From the NCBI GenBank assembly GCA_951406725.2, contig OX597836.1:24118001-24182000 (forward strand): a stretch of 64,000 nt of DNA, written 5' to 3'. Both the position numbers and the translations under genes were made by a program. The DNA comes from Octopus vulgaris. Its lineage: Eukaryota. The notes under the pieces were generated by a model. The model was not told the origin of the DNA. It did not search any database and saw only the letters and a program-made list of their open reading frames with translations. Below, piece after piece: positions 27,239-40,632 of the stretch. Positions within the stretch are counted from its first letter, which is position 1. Each line of letters opens with the position of its first letter.

Positions 27239-28682
27239 TGACAAAGAGTCAGGACAGAGAGACATGGACATAGGAGAGAATAATATACGTAGAATAATAG
27301 AACGTAATCTTCCCCCCCCCCCCTCACTTGACCCTCTTACAGCCACAGAGATATATGCACACCCTCGCTCAACTATGAAAAGTGAATTGTGCATGTAGTA
27401 TTTGAGACAAATATAAATTATTCCACGAAAGGAAAAACTTTCCTCAACGTAGTTGTTTGTGTCGCAAATTAAGGAGTAACTTTTACGTCCCACTTTATGC
27501 GCATGCTATAATCTTGCAGAGTTGCATAAATCTGTACATTGTATCTTTTACAGAGCTATGTGCAAGAGACTGCGTAAATTTTCTATTAGCAATGATTTGT
27601 CCTTTACACCGGGACATCATAGAACGGCAGTATTTCCATACACACCACATGTGCTTCATAGCTTGTCTCAAAATTCTGAATTGGCTTGCTTTTGCCTCAA
27701 AACAAAACATATATTGTCTGGGACATACTTCTGTATTACAATTATTGCATCTCTGACGAGGGATCCTAAATCTCTGTGAGGGATCCTAAATCTTCTAAAT
27801 AGCAAATTCGTTGCAGAACAGCTGCAGTCCCAGCGATGGACTGGGTATCAGGTTTTAGAAAGAAAGTGTTTTGTGTGGGTGCCTAAATATATAATTATAA
27901 ACATCTTTCTCCACTTCCTGAAAATATATCCTTTGACATAGAAGAATGTTTATAATACGTTTGAAAATGTCGTAACTGCACAACCAGGAGAAATATATAA
28001 GCTATTGGCATACGATGTGATTTCTACCTAATTTCATATGTCCCGCGCAAGATAATATCCTCATTTCCTTAATTAACTAGGTCAAACTATTCGATCCGTT
28101 GGAAATATTGGCCACATTTCACTCAGTTCATATTGTAACAGTGTAAGAATGAAACACGTACTATTATTCTGTCTCATAAAGTGAGAAAATGGCTGAAAAT
28201 TGAATAGGATCGTCGATTTCTCTGCGGACGCCTGCAAAATAGTAACTTATATTTCGGGTCAATTCGAACGAGCGATTCTGGCCCTGTACACAATATAGGA
28301 CATACTCTTCACATTTGTTGTGCTTATGTGAAATACAATGTAGATACAGTTACAAACCTTAAGATACTGAAATGTCATATTCTAGTATTCCCATGTTAGA
28401 ATTCTTTGTTACATATGCAGTGATGCTGCACCAATTTTTCTTTCATGGTTGATGGTATTCCAGTAGCAAAATGAAGAATCTCTTAGAATGCCGATCCGTA
28501 AACCAGTGCAGGAAGATTCTATAGTAATGTCATAAAGCAATGGACAAGGTCGACGTGTATTTTCAATTATCATTGTACACATAATGTATATTGCTCGAGA
28601 ATAAGATGAATTCCAGAACGTATCTCTCTCTTATTCTCTCACTCTCTTTTCTCTCGCTCACCATCTCTTTTTCTCTCTCTTT

Positions 28683-28742
<60 letters not shown>

Positions 28743-29983
28743 ATTCTCTTAATTTTTGTTCTTACAAGATTGACCAAACCTTTTTATTTTGGTAATTAAA
28801 GTTTGTTTGCTGTGCTCAAACTAGGTTGATAATATATAAACATAGCAGTTTACTAGGCTGTATACAGGTTAACCTGGATGGTCAGAAATGGCTGATCGTG
28901 TCATCCGAAACGTTAAAAATGAATCCCTCTTTTGCTAACAAATATCTGAATCATTTTCTATATCTTGATCACGAATGTCAGAAAGAATTGTTCTTTGATC
29001 TTATTAGATATAGATGTTAGTATTCACCCCCATTATTCTTTTGTAGGCTTTAATCTTGAGTTATTGTACAGTGCTTTGGTTTTGACTGCTTACTTATAGA
29101 TATGTCAGCTCATAGTAAACTGTTTGGTTTTGATTGTGATACATCGCTCTGGCAGAATGCAAAACTTTGATCATTCCTCCATTTAACCAGGATCAGCCAC
29201 AAACTAAGCCTTAACATTCTCAAACACAAAACATTCTTTTACAATACCAAAGATATCGAATAATTTATTATGTGGTATAATCAAGTCTAAATTCTTGTAT
29301 TTTATCAACGTTCTGTATTATATACAAACATAACTTATATATATTTAATTTTGATAAAGCTCCACACAAATATGCGTACACAGGAACGCTTATGCACCTT
29401 CAAATGTCCATCCCGAGATTTAGAGAGTATAAATAAGTGGATTTATATGATACCCCAAGAGATAGCCTATAGAAGTTATTTCTTACTCTTTATAAAGCAA
29501 GATTTGTGTTAATCTATCATTTCTAAATTCTATTGTTAGTTAAGCTACAAGAAAATTACTGCACTATGATATTTATTTTTGCAAAACATTTTATTATATA
29601 AGAAACCATTTTGAAAGCCATAACACATTTTTAAAGGCCACTTCAACAAATGGAATATAAATCATCCGTGTAGCTCTGTGTAGCCATGTGTAGCTCTGTC
29701 TACTTCCTCACTACATAACTGTTTGTATTCATTTGGGGAAACTTTAAAGATGATGAACAGACAAGATAAGTGAATTATAGAAACGATAATTTTTGTTTTC
29801 TTACAATAGTTTGTTGTGCAGTGGTAAGGGATGTTAAATTGTAACCTGGTTGTGATCGTGATGAGTTGTCTAAACCCCTATCTTCTCGCATCTTTAATTC
29901 TAGAATCATATCTACTTGTTTGAAGAGTGGTTAGATCCAGCTATGTGTAGTCACATAATCTGCTGAAAGTATTAAGTAAACCT

Positions 29984-30197
29984 AAGGTGGCGAGCAAGCA
30001 GAATCGTTAGCAGGCCGAGCAAAATGAATAGTGGCTTTTGTCGACCTTTAGGTTCTGAGTTTGAATTCCGCCGAGGTCTACTTTGCCTTTCACTCTTTCG
30101 CGGTCGATAGAATAAGTACCAGTTGAACCCTGGGGTCGATGTAATTGACTTACCCCTCCCCAGAATTGTTGTCCTTGTGCCAAAATTCGAAACAAAT
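29984..30197 (+). mobile_element. SINE family A, older subfamily with an alternative 3' tail
   Basis: Same head and centre, but tail CCCCTCCCCAGAATTGTTGTCCTTGTGCCAAAATTCGAAAC. Confidence 0.85.
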
Positions 30198-30769
30198 ATG
30201 AGGGAAACCTGTCTCTAACCATATATCTTATTGTCTGAAAATTACGGATCTATTAAGTAAGGTAGCTCTAGTTGATCTAAAACAGGATAGATACAAGTGA
30301 AACGTCATTGATCGTAGGTCTACTCTATATATCTAGCATATGACCTAAACAATTGTTTTACTCACCGGACTCACTTTTATCAGCTGTCCTCTCATACAAT
30401 ACCACATATGTCATTTAGACTTTTATAAATATTTGTCAAACAGTTTTGTAAACGTAACGCAAAATAAACTTCAATTTACAAACTACTTCTAATCTCGAAT
30501 TCAATTTCGTAGAAAATATGAAAAGTTAAAATAAAGCGTTTATAATTGTCCATATTATATTGAGGTTTCCAATAAAATTTATTCTTTGGATGGTAGCTTT
30601 CGTTGTAACCAGCTCATAAACATATTGGGAGTACTATTAATATCACATAAGTTAAGGACAACAAATACGTGTATAATATAAACTTTTGTAAAGATTATTA
30701 AAAGTATTAATATTAATGATAATCCTATCTTTCTCTCAGTTTGTATACATACATACACACATACATATA

Positions 30770-31792
30770 CAGAGTTCGATGGGTAAATTGTCGCAATTTT
30801 ACGTGCATGCGCATTGTTTTTGATTTTGTCGACTACAAAGTATAGTGGGTCCAGGTGGGCAACGTCTGTAAGAAAAAAGCTCCCTGACGCAGTTCACTCT
30901 GTCAGAAATTTGGAAAGAACATGCTGCACTGCTTGGCATTCGTGCCGGAAGCTCCAATACGAGCATTTTAGAGTGTTTGGGATGTCAATCTGAGGACAGT
31001 GCAGAGTATTTGGAAAGAGTTGAATGAGTCTAATGGTGATTACGAAGGCAGGGCAGCTCCAAAATCTCACTCCGATCGTTCTGATAAGAAAAGAACTCCT
31101 GAATTTGTTGGTGAGATCCAAGCCATGATTGACAACGATTCCTCCAAGTCAATCAGGCCCATCCCCAGGGACATGGGGGTGTCTGAGTTTCTTATCAGGC
31201 AGATGAAAGACCGCACTACGGAGCTTTTGAATAAACTCAAGCATCTGCTCCAACCGAACATACTTTGCTTTGTCTGGGACGAGAAAAATTTCTGCGAGGA
31301 TCAGATGGTGAACACACGGAACAACTGTTGGTTTACCGTATCCCCCAAAACATGTACCGAGAGTGATAAAAATCAAACATCCAGTCAGCATCATGGTGTT
31401 TGGGGTGATCACTAGTGATGGCAACGTTATACCTTCATTTATCTACCCACACCTAACTCCCCAGACTGCAACCCCACTTGATTATTATGTGTGGGACACA
31501 GTTGAGCGAGAGACCAAACAAACTCCTTGTAACACCAAAAATGAACTGAAGGCAAGGATTATGGCAGTATTCACCAACTTAAACAAGGAGACCGTCCAGA
31601 AGATTTGCAGGAGATTCTGAAGTCGTCTGGAGACCGTAATTGAAGTCAATGGCAGTTTTATTGAATAAATTTGCTCTTTAATATTTCAAGATAATTCAAA
31701 GAAATTTTGGTAAATATATCTGTTAAAATGAGATGTCAGTGTTATGTTCAGTTTTATCGTTATTTAGACGACAGTTTATTCACCGCACCCTG
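30770..31792 (+). mobile_element. Internally deleted maT-like Tc1/mariner element in Wnt6 intron 2
   Basis: TA-CAGAGTTCGATGGGTAAATTGTCG ... CGACAGTTTATTCACCGCACCCTG-TA imperfect TIRs. Peptides VWDEKNF, KHPVSIMVFGVITSDG, PLDYYVW. Confidence 0.8.
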
Positions 31793-31826
<34 letters not shown>

Positions 31827-32655
31827 CACAGAGAGAGGGGATGAGGGAGAGAGAGGAGGATGGTAAAATAGTTGCCATAAATCAAAAGTGCAATGTTCAA
31901 TATTTGGAAATAAAGTAAATTATTTTAATAATTAGTGTGGAATCAATCAAAATATACACTGGCAGAAAAAAAATGGATTGGATCAAGTCTATAATACCAC
32001 TGACGTCAACAGGATCTCAACAAGAGTACGTATGAAAGAATTGGGCTAATTTTTGATTTACTTCCAAATCCATTTCCTCCATACATAGAGCTGTTGAGAA
32101 CGAGGAGTTATAAATCTGACAACATTATGCTCAGTGCTAGATTTGACCCTATACTGTACGAATTTTGGCAGGAGTTTAATTGAAATTCAAATGTACTTCA
32201 AGTGATTCCATACTGTAATTATAAAGTTTATACATAGTCGTGTGTGTGTGTGTGTGTGTGTGTATGAAATATTGATAAGTATATATATATATATATATAT
32301 ATATTGCCTCGAATTTGTGTGAATGTGAATAGAATAAAAATCAGTTTAATAAAGTTAAAACAGTTTGGTTTTCACAACTCAACTGTCAGTTAAACACATT
32401 TGAAATATGATGAGTACACTATGTATGAAAGCGATAATTTTGTTAAAATAGCATAATAAAAAACGTGAAAACCAGACTGTTTTAACTTTATTCAATTGAT
32501 ATATATATATATACATAAATGTTTTCGAATATAATTTATGAACTCACTTTGTAATGTATTAGAAACAACCAATGTTATATATATATATTTAAAAGTTTAA
32601 TTAGAGGTATAGCAATAGCTTTGAAGATTCTATAGAAGTTAAATAAAGCGCTTAC

Positions 32656-32876
32656 CACGGCGTAATATTTTGCCAAAAGATCGCCTAGCCGTGGTACAGT
32701 TCCAGTGCCGTGCGGCGAATTGATATTGACATTCAGACAGTGCTAACTTTGCACCTTTAGCAATCTCACGAACAATTTCTTGTTCTTTTCTGCAAATTCT
32801 TCGTTGTTTACCTTCAAGTCGCCGGCTTTTTCGGCATATTGCATTTGGATCCATATCAAGAGGACTACCAACTGCC
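32656..32876 (-). CDS. Wnt6: Wnt6 coding exon 2 (221 bp; 5'-most exon found)
   Basis: Encodes (W)AVGSPLDMDPNAICRKSRRL...SECQYQFAARHWNC...KILRR. AVGSPLxMDPxxIC is the Wnt6-type N-terminus. Acceptor tgcAG at 32878-32877 (phase 2); donor GTAAG from 32655 (phase 1). Confidence 0.93.
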
Positions 32877-33061
32877 CTGCATTGTAAAATAAAAGACGAT
32901 GTATGAATATATTTAATGATTTCTAGTAAATACAATAGATTTGCCAATACGTATTATAACTATATATATATATAGTTGAAATTTATAGAAAAACAAAAGA
33001 CGAAGACAGGTGTATGAAGAAGAAGCAGGTGTATTAGTTTGATGCTCGGAAAAATGAAAAT

Positions 33062-33100
33062 CTTTTTTACGTTTCGAGCCTACGCTCTTCAACAGAAAGG
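33062..33100 (-). ncRNA. Minimal hammerhead-like motif with variant core
   Basis: Minus strand reads CCTTT-CTGTTGA-A-GAGC-GTAG-GCTC-GAAAC-GTA-AAAAAG. One core deviation; ACGT palindrome in place of stem III. Confidence 0.5.
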
Positions 33101-33519
33101 AATAAGAGAAAATAAACAGAGAGAGAATGAAAATTTTTTTAAAATATATACGTAAATGTAGAACGTTGAAATGAGTGCTCAACACTGCATAGGTGGATAT
33201 ATAATTTCTTTATTTGTAAATTAAATTATTTGTGAATTATTTGTGAATTAAATTATATATCCACAAATTATATATAGCACTCATTTCATGGTTCTACATT
33301 TTACGTATCAAAGCTTTCGACGTTTACAAACACCGGTTAAGCACTGAAAACGAACAAAGGATCAAAACAACCATATATATATATATATATATATATGAAT
33401 ATATGTTTCACATACACTAATACACTCACACACATACATATATATGTATATACTTTAACACAGGCATACACACACAAATACATACACTAACACACACTCA
33501 CACACACACCACATACACA

Positions 33520-33570
<51 letters not shown>

Positions 33571-33743
33571 TAAGCATACCATTAACAAAACATTACGCAT
33601 TTTAGAAAAAGTTATAACTGTGGATTTGTATAGCAAAAGGCATTTGAGTGGTGGAATATGACAATATTTCATTAAAATATCAGAATCAAATTTTAGAAAA
33701 ATAGAAATATAACATGAAATAGATGAAAATACTGAATATCAAC

Positions 33744-33926
33744 ATTGTTTTCAAATTTTGTTACAAGGCGAGCAACATCGAGAAAAGATCTAAGTTGATT
33801 ACATTGACCCCAGTACTAATTTTATCGACCCCAAAAGGAGAAAAAGGTAAACTCGACTTCGGCAGAATTAGAACTCAGAGCGTAAAATCGGGCGAGATGT
33901 GGCTAAGCATTTAGCCCAGCATGTTA
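33744..33926 (-). mobile_element. SINE family A, older subfamily (degenerate)
   Basis: ATCGACCCCAAAAGG...CTCGACTTCGGCAGAATTAGAACTCAG, with the alternative tail. Confidence 0.75.
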
Positions 33927-34210
33927 ATACGGTTGTGTATTGTGTTTATGTAGTGTAAATGTCTATGGATTTGTTTTACTGTCTGACAAGAAAGAGTCTC
34001 TCCATTAATGCGTGCGAGTATGTATATTCATGGATGTTGTGTTGGTGTAATGAAAGTGTTTTGTTCATTAAGTATGAGTGTATGTATATGTGTGCGTCTT
34101 TGAATAATATTCAGTTGAAATGACAAGGAAAAATGACAGTGCTTGGTGTGTATTGGTGTGTATGTGTATGTGTGGAAGTAGTTTGTTCTTTTAACGTTAA
34201 TATGCCTTGT

Positions 34211-34558
34211 GTTAAGTTAAGTTAAGTTAAGTTAAGTTAATTTTTTGGCTCAAAAAGCAAAAAGCAAGGCCATGTAGGGGGACATGGAGTTATGTACAGG
34301 GTGGTGTTCATGCAAGGTGTTCATGCCATTTGTGGTCAAGGGAGACGTCGAACCGAGCGGTCGTCGGCATCTTCACTATCTTGTCCGGCAACTTATTCCA
34401 CGGATCCGCAACCCGGACGGAGAAAGCCCCTCTCCTCGATTGAGATGAAATCGTCGCAGATAGAGCTTTTCGGAGTGACCCCGCAGCCGACGCTCTGGAG
34501 CAGGAGTGAAGAACAGCTCTTTCGAGAGGTTACACTTTCCGCTTATGATGTTGTGTAG
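34211..34558 (-). mobile_element. CR1-clade LINE 3' fragment with (CTTAA)n tail
   Basis: HNIISGKCNLSKELFF...LRGHSEKL, then after a frameshift FSVRVADPWNKLP. Tail repeat at 34211-34240. Confidence 0.82.
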
Positions 34559-35711
34559 CATGGGGTGTGTGAATACGGATTGGTTTTATATTGTGTTAAA
34601 AGGTCTATGGGTGTGTGCACTCATGAGTATTACTATGAAATTGGCTGTTCAAAGATATGGAAGTACGATAGGAAGAAGAGTAGGACGATGCAGTTTATTA
34701 CCATTTCAGTTTACAAGGTAGCAGTCAGTGAACTTGCGTATCTGTGCACTGCTATATGGATATGTTGTGTACCCGATAGCGTACCAGTTTATCAGATGGC
34801 AGCGTATTTCTGTTTGGGTTATTATGAGTATATTCTCGTATATTTTAATATACGAGAGTGATTTATCGTAATGATAGTACCATATAAACCGCGAGCGCAG
34901 TTTAAATGGTACTATCGTGCATGTAAGTGTAAGAGCTATATGTGTGTATGTGCGATGTGGTCTACTACTTTCTGTGTGTGTGTGCGCGCCCGTCCAAATA
35001 GTTACTGCTTGAGTTTTGGGATTTGGTTGGCAATATTCTTTATATAAGTGCGTGTGTTGAAGCATATTCTGTTGTGTCTGAGAAGATTCATTCGCTTTTA
35101 GTTCCTTATTATTTAACACACTCACCGGTAAAGTTTCCGCTCATTTGCTTTTTGCAACCTTTTCAATAGTCATTGACTCTGTCCATTATCCGAGTTGCGT
35201 TCTTTTTGTTTGTTTGTGCGCATGTGTGAGGGTCAGTCAGTTTGCGTATACACGGGTATGTATGTATGTATGTATGTATGTTTGTATGTATGCATGTAAG
35301 TGTGTGTATGCATATGTGTGCGTATGTATAATCTATGTATGTGTGTACGTTTGAAAGTATGTATTCTGCTTGTGTGTTTTTAAGTGTGTATGCCTGTTTG
35401 TACCCCTGTTTCCTTGTTGTGTATGCTTGTAAATACGTTGGTGTGTAATTGTGTTCCTACGTTTGACTTCCGTATTAACTTATGTATGAACGCTGTTCTA
35501 TCGATGTACGTGATTGTATGTGGGTGTATATGCATTTCTTGTCATAGTGTATGTGCGTGTACATTTGAACGGAAGTGATGTTTGTACATATGCTTCACAT
35601 TATGTATATAGTGACTGAGAGTATGTTTCATATATATATATATATATACACACACACAAATGCTCTAATATCTATATAGCCTTGTTTTTTTTAATCTCAT
35701 TACGCAAAATA

Positions 35712-35768
<57 letters not shown>

Positions 35769-36087
35769 TTCATATATGGTAAAATTATAAACAGGGCAAA
35801 TTTTAATCATTTCTCCGCAAACTGAAAAAAAGTGACTAACAATCTTAATCGATTTTCGACCCTTATTGGGTTCTCATCTGAGTCATCCTCATCATTCTTA
35901 CAGTCTCCAGAGGAAAAGGAAGCCAAACTGTTTATATACTCAACAAATGCAGCAGTTACTCTGTGAAGGAGTCCCTAATTTGCATACCGAAAGTGCTTAA
36001 CACTCAATAAATACCAGTGGCCTGTCAACGGGGATCTTAGTCCACACAGCATCAAGGTATGATATAATAAATATGTAATATATGGTG

Positions 36088-36139
<52 letters not shown>

Positions 36140-37679
36140 AAACACCACTGAAATACAGTATACTGTAATACAGTATACTCACGTCTATAAGCGTACACTA
36201 ACACATTTAACGGTTGAACTACAAAATAGTGCGTAGGATTTATAGTTCAATAAAACTCCATGGAAGAAAGAATTCGAGGGCTGCTCGTGCGACACAAAAC
36301 CACATCTTCAGTAAAAGGTAAAAAGGATGGACGAGCAACCATAATACCACAACGAGCCTTCAAAGTGTTCTATCCATTGTAGAACATCTGTTTTTGCCAG
36401 AGAGAATTGTATGTTGTTTACGTCATAAGAATTTACAAACTTCGAAAGATATGAAATAGTTTTTGTTAAACAGTGGAACTCGAATGAGATAAAGCTATAA
36501 ATAATAGCGTGTAGAATAGAGGTCAAAAGCCATTCTATACGCAGATATATGAAATTAAGTAAATGAATATTTTTCAAGCATTTATAACCTGAAGCGTCCT
36601 ATACGTAGAAGCCAACACTGCCAAGTTTGTGTGCAAACCAGATCTACTTACATGCGATTGTTGTTAAACAACACAACCTGCATATACAAGGAACAAATGC
36701 AAATATATACAATAAGATCAATGACGAAGCAAAAGCACAAGCAACACATTTTAATATTGCAGATCATGCTTAATGCCTCAATACACGCAGGCCTAATATA
36801 ACATTAAAGAACCACACTGAATTCATAAAGGTTTTTTGAATGCTCTTTAACTTGTAAAAACTGTACCACAAAAGTAAGGGATTTTTTTTTATTATGGCAT
36901 TATTTTTTCTTTAGAAACCAGCCTTCCTTGCTACATTTAGATAGCATACAACCTTGATAGTTGTTTTGTTAAAGCCACTATAGTTTATTATAAGAAATCT
37001 TTAAGCACAACCAGAAATTTGTAAACGCTCATGTATATATATTTTTTTGTTTGTTCATCCATTAATAGAAAAGACATGAATATACATACAGGTAGATGAA
37101 TATGTGTGTGTATACGTGTGTGCGTGCGTGCATCTGTGTGTAAGTGCGCGCGCTCATGTGCCCATAAGTTTTCCCCTTTGTCCTGTTTCTATCAATCCAG
37201 GGTTTCGTGTTTACCAATAAATGAATAAAAAATATTTATAACATTTTCTATGAACACTATGAAAACTTCAAGCTGCGTGAAATGCGTATCTGTGCGTTAA
37301 CGAACCGTTTGTTTCCGCTTTCCCAATCACTTATATAACTTATCTAGTCTACTTGCGGTTTGTTGTTCAAATTTCAGCTCGTTTGCTGGATATAATATCC
37401 TTTTAGAGAAAACTGTTCGCTAAACAATTTCTTCATTCAGAATAGCGTTCGTATATGCTCTTCCAGCACTTAGTTCTTAATTTATTCGTGGTTTGTTGTT
37501 GAAATTTCAGATCTTTAAGCAAAAGGGGTCCCAGTCATAAGCGTGAATAGTGTGTTCGTAGTTCATTAATCAAAAAATAAGCTCGTTATGCGAGTTTAAT
37601 TTTCGTTCATATATCGTTGCCCCACTGTATGTTTGTGTGTGTGTGCACGCGCGCGCACTTGTGTATCATATAAATAGTT

Positions 37680-39830
37680 TGGAGGATCGTAATCAACGAA
37701 ACCAGAGAAAAGAAGGCTCTGCGCATCTTAATGAGAAATGAATGCATCAAGGCCTTCGATGTAACGCAGTTGTATAATGCTATCAAGAGGGAAGTTCGGA
37801 GTCAACTTGAAAAGGATGATAAAGAAGGCAATTCACTGGTCCAGAAAATGAAAACCTACTCGTAGAAGATAAAAGCTAGAAGCCAGTAGGAACCTGACGG
37901 AAGAATCTCGAAGGAGACGAATCAATTGCTAGAGAAACGGAAAAGTATGAAGGGGAAAATGAAAGACGACCTGAAGTATACTCTAAAAAGATGTGCGAGA
38001 GAGCTGCTGGTACTCTATAGGTGAGAGATGACGGCGCTCAAGAGCAAGGACGGGTTCATGAAGATAAATAAAGAAAAGATAGAAGAGGTATGTAAAACTA
38101 CTTCGACTTTTTTAGATCCTCGGTGAAGATCGATCCTCCATCATCGCAAATGGTGAAAGAAGTGCTACCTATTCTTGTCAGTGGCATTGAGAATGTCCCG
38201 AAGCAGATGAAAATAGACAAAAAAACTTGAAAAGATAGCGTAACAACAAAGATATTAAGGCGCAGTGGTGATGACCTGCGGAAAATTCTCCTTCTACAAT
38301 TCAGTCTCTGTCTGAGGGAGATGTTCTTGCTATAGAAAGAACCGAATAAAATCTTGCTTCTTAAAAATGATGATGAAAAAGATTTAAGAAAATATCGACC
38401 AATATGCCTCTTGTCTCACCTCTAAAAGCTGTTTGCACTGGTCATTGTCACTAGACTCTCGAATCATCTCGATGACCAGCAGCCAAAGGAGCAAGCAGGT
38501 TTCTGTAAGAACTGCAGCACCATTGGTCACATATTTACTCTAACACAGCTCATACATTGTTCGAAAGTGCATCTGTGCATCATTTTTGTCGACCACCAAA
38601 AAGCCCTTCGATAGTGTTGAAACGAGCGCGGAGTTGAAATCTTTGGAAATACAAGATGTCGAAGCGCAATACACCAATCTGCTCAGGGATGCGAACTCTG
38701 GGTGCACCACTGATGTAATTCTACTATCTCCACCATTAAGAGTTCCAGTTGGGAAGGACGTAAACAAGGAAATACCTATTTCTTTATTACCCACAAGGGG
38801 CTAAACATAGAGGGGACAAACAAGGACAGACATAGGTATTAAGTCGATTACATCGACCCCAGTGCGTAACTGGTGCTTAATTTATCGACCCCAAAAGGAT
38901 GAAAAGCAAAGTCGACCTCGGCGGAATTTGAACTCACAATGTAACGGCAGACGAAATACTGCAAAACATTTCACCCGGCGTGCTAACGCTTCTGCCAGCT
39001 CTCCGGAAATACCATCGCTATAGAGCTCTTCGGCACATGTCTAGAAATGGTCATCATAGACATTGATTAGACACGCAGTCTAAACATCAACGACGAATTA
39101 CTAACACCCTCCGATTCCCAGATGACGTCGTACCCATGGCTAAAACCATAGATCAACGGCAGACTACGCTGAAAAAGCTGGATGACCATAGCTCAGCCGT
39201 TAGCCTTAAAAGGAACAGCATGAAAACAAAATACATCTAATCGAAAACTTAGCACATGGCTGAATAGAGGTGGCAAGAGATGAAATCGAGGCGGTAAAGG
39301 AGTATATTCACTTGGGACACACAGTAAATATGTGAGGTGTTATGAACGCTGAAATCTCGAAGAGAACAAGGGCAGAGTGTAAGGTGTTTGCCTCAATAAA
39401 AGGTGTGCTCAAAGTAAAGCTCGACAAGACAACACATATACAAGTGAGATGTGGACTACAAAGAAGATAGAACAGCGATTGGCTACGATACAAAGAGCCA
39501 TGGAAAGATCCAGGCTAAGAACATCATTACGAGGGCATATCTGAAATGATATAGTTCGGGAATGGAGTGGAGTGAATGACGTGATTGCAGGAGACCCTAA
39601 GTAGAAATCTCACTGGACTGGACATGTAGCAAAGGCTCACCGACAACAGGTGGACCAGTGCAGTTACCGAATGGTATCCAAAAGATCGGAAAAGGTCATT
39701 CGGAAGGCCTCCACGACAATGGGTAAACGATTTAGTCAAACGATTTGGGCCAAGACGTAAAAGAATGGCGAAATCAAGAAAGAATTGGAAGAGTATTGTG
39801 ATTAGCGATATATAACATCCAATGATTTTG
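37680..39830 (+). mobile_element. Decayed, 5'-truncated RTE-clade LINE (RT region)
   Basis: Motifs YRPICLLSHL*KLF, QPKEQAGF, KPFDSVE, KQG, RFPDD, WTGHVA, DNRWT, WYPKDRKR..GRP. Many stops and frameshifts; interrupted by a SINE. Confidence 0.88.
38777..39004 (-). mobile_element. SINE family A inserted into the RTE LINE
   Basis: Near-identical to 3367-3602; TSD GGAAATACC at 38768-38776 and 39005-39013. Confidence 0.9.
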
Positions 39831-39858
39831 TCGAAATAGTGTGCTACAGTAATATTGG

Positions 39859-40061
39859 TTTAAAATTTTATCAGACAGCCAGCAATTTCGAGGGGCTGGG
39901 TAAATCGACTACATCGACCAAGGTCCTCAGCTATACTCATTTTATCGACCCTAAAAGGATGAAAGATAAAGTCAAGCTCAGCGGAATTTGAACTAAGAAT
40001 GTTAAAACTGACGAAATGTATTTTGCCTGGCGTGATAACAATTCCGCCAGCTTGCTGTCTT
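39859..40061 (-). mobile_element. SINE family A, older subfamily
   Basis: Alternative tail; flanked by the direct repeat TACAGTAATATTGG at 39845-39858 and 40069-40082. Confidence 0.8.
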
Positions 40062-40574
40062 ACAGTGATACAGTAATATTGGAACTGTACCTGTTTAACA
40101 AATGACTATCAGTTATATCTTCAATATGTTATTATACGCCTTCATTAATACTCACAGTTTTTAGTGTAGTCCTTAAGAGCAACGTATATGAAAGAGAAAT
40201 CTGAAGCTTCCCTGCCCCTCTTAATTTGAAAGTCGGTTGCTCACGAATATAAGTTGCAATGTTTTTCTTTCCTAATCGTTTCTCACTCTATTTCTGTTTT
40301 CGCACGTTTCTTTTATAGTTACCTTCAAATTTAAGCATGTCAGATAAGTATATAAACTGTGTGCTGGCTATTTTATTATTGCTGAGTTTAGAACATTTCG
40401 GTCTTCTTCAATTTTGCAGTTTGGTTATTTGATGTCTTCTAATTTCAATTCCTCTGTCTTCGATTTTCATCTCCATCATATATTTTTAGACTTACTTTAT
40501 CGCCTAATGGCTTTTGACCTTTTCATAGAGTCTCATTAAGCATAGATAAAAACACATACACACACACACACACA

Positions 40575-40632
<58 letters not shown>

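Noticed and set aside
27752-27795. CTGACGA plus tandem GAGGGATCCTAAATCT
   Set aside because: No downstream GAAA or stem; a simple 16-bp local duplication.
32877-32947. MANLLYLLEII... as a Wnt6 signal peptide
   Set aside because: The ORF starts at a non-ATG codon and runs through intronic sequence with a good acceptor at 32878-32877.
36265-36320. Minus-strand CTGAAGA with a short stem, as a hammerhead
   Set aside because: Followed by GAGC rather than GAAA, with no stem I complement.
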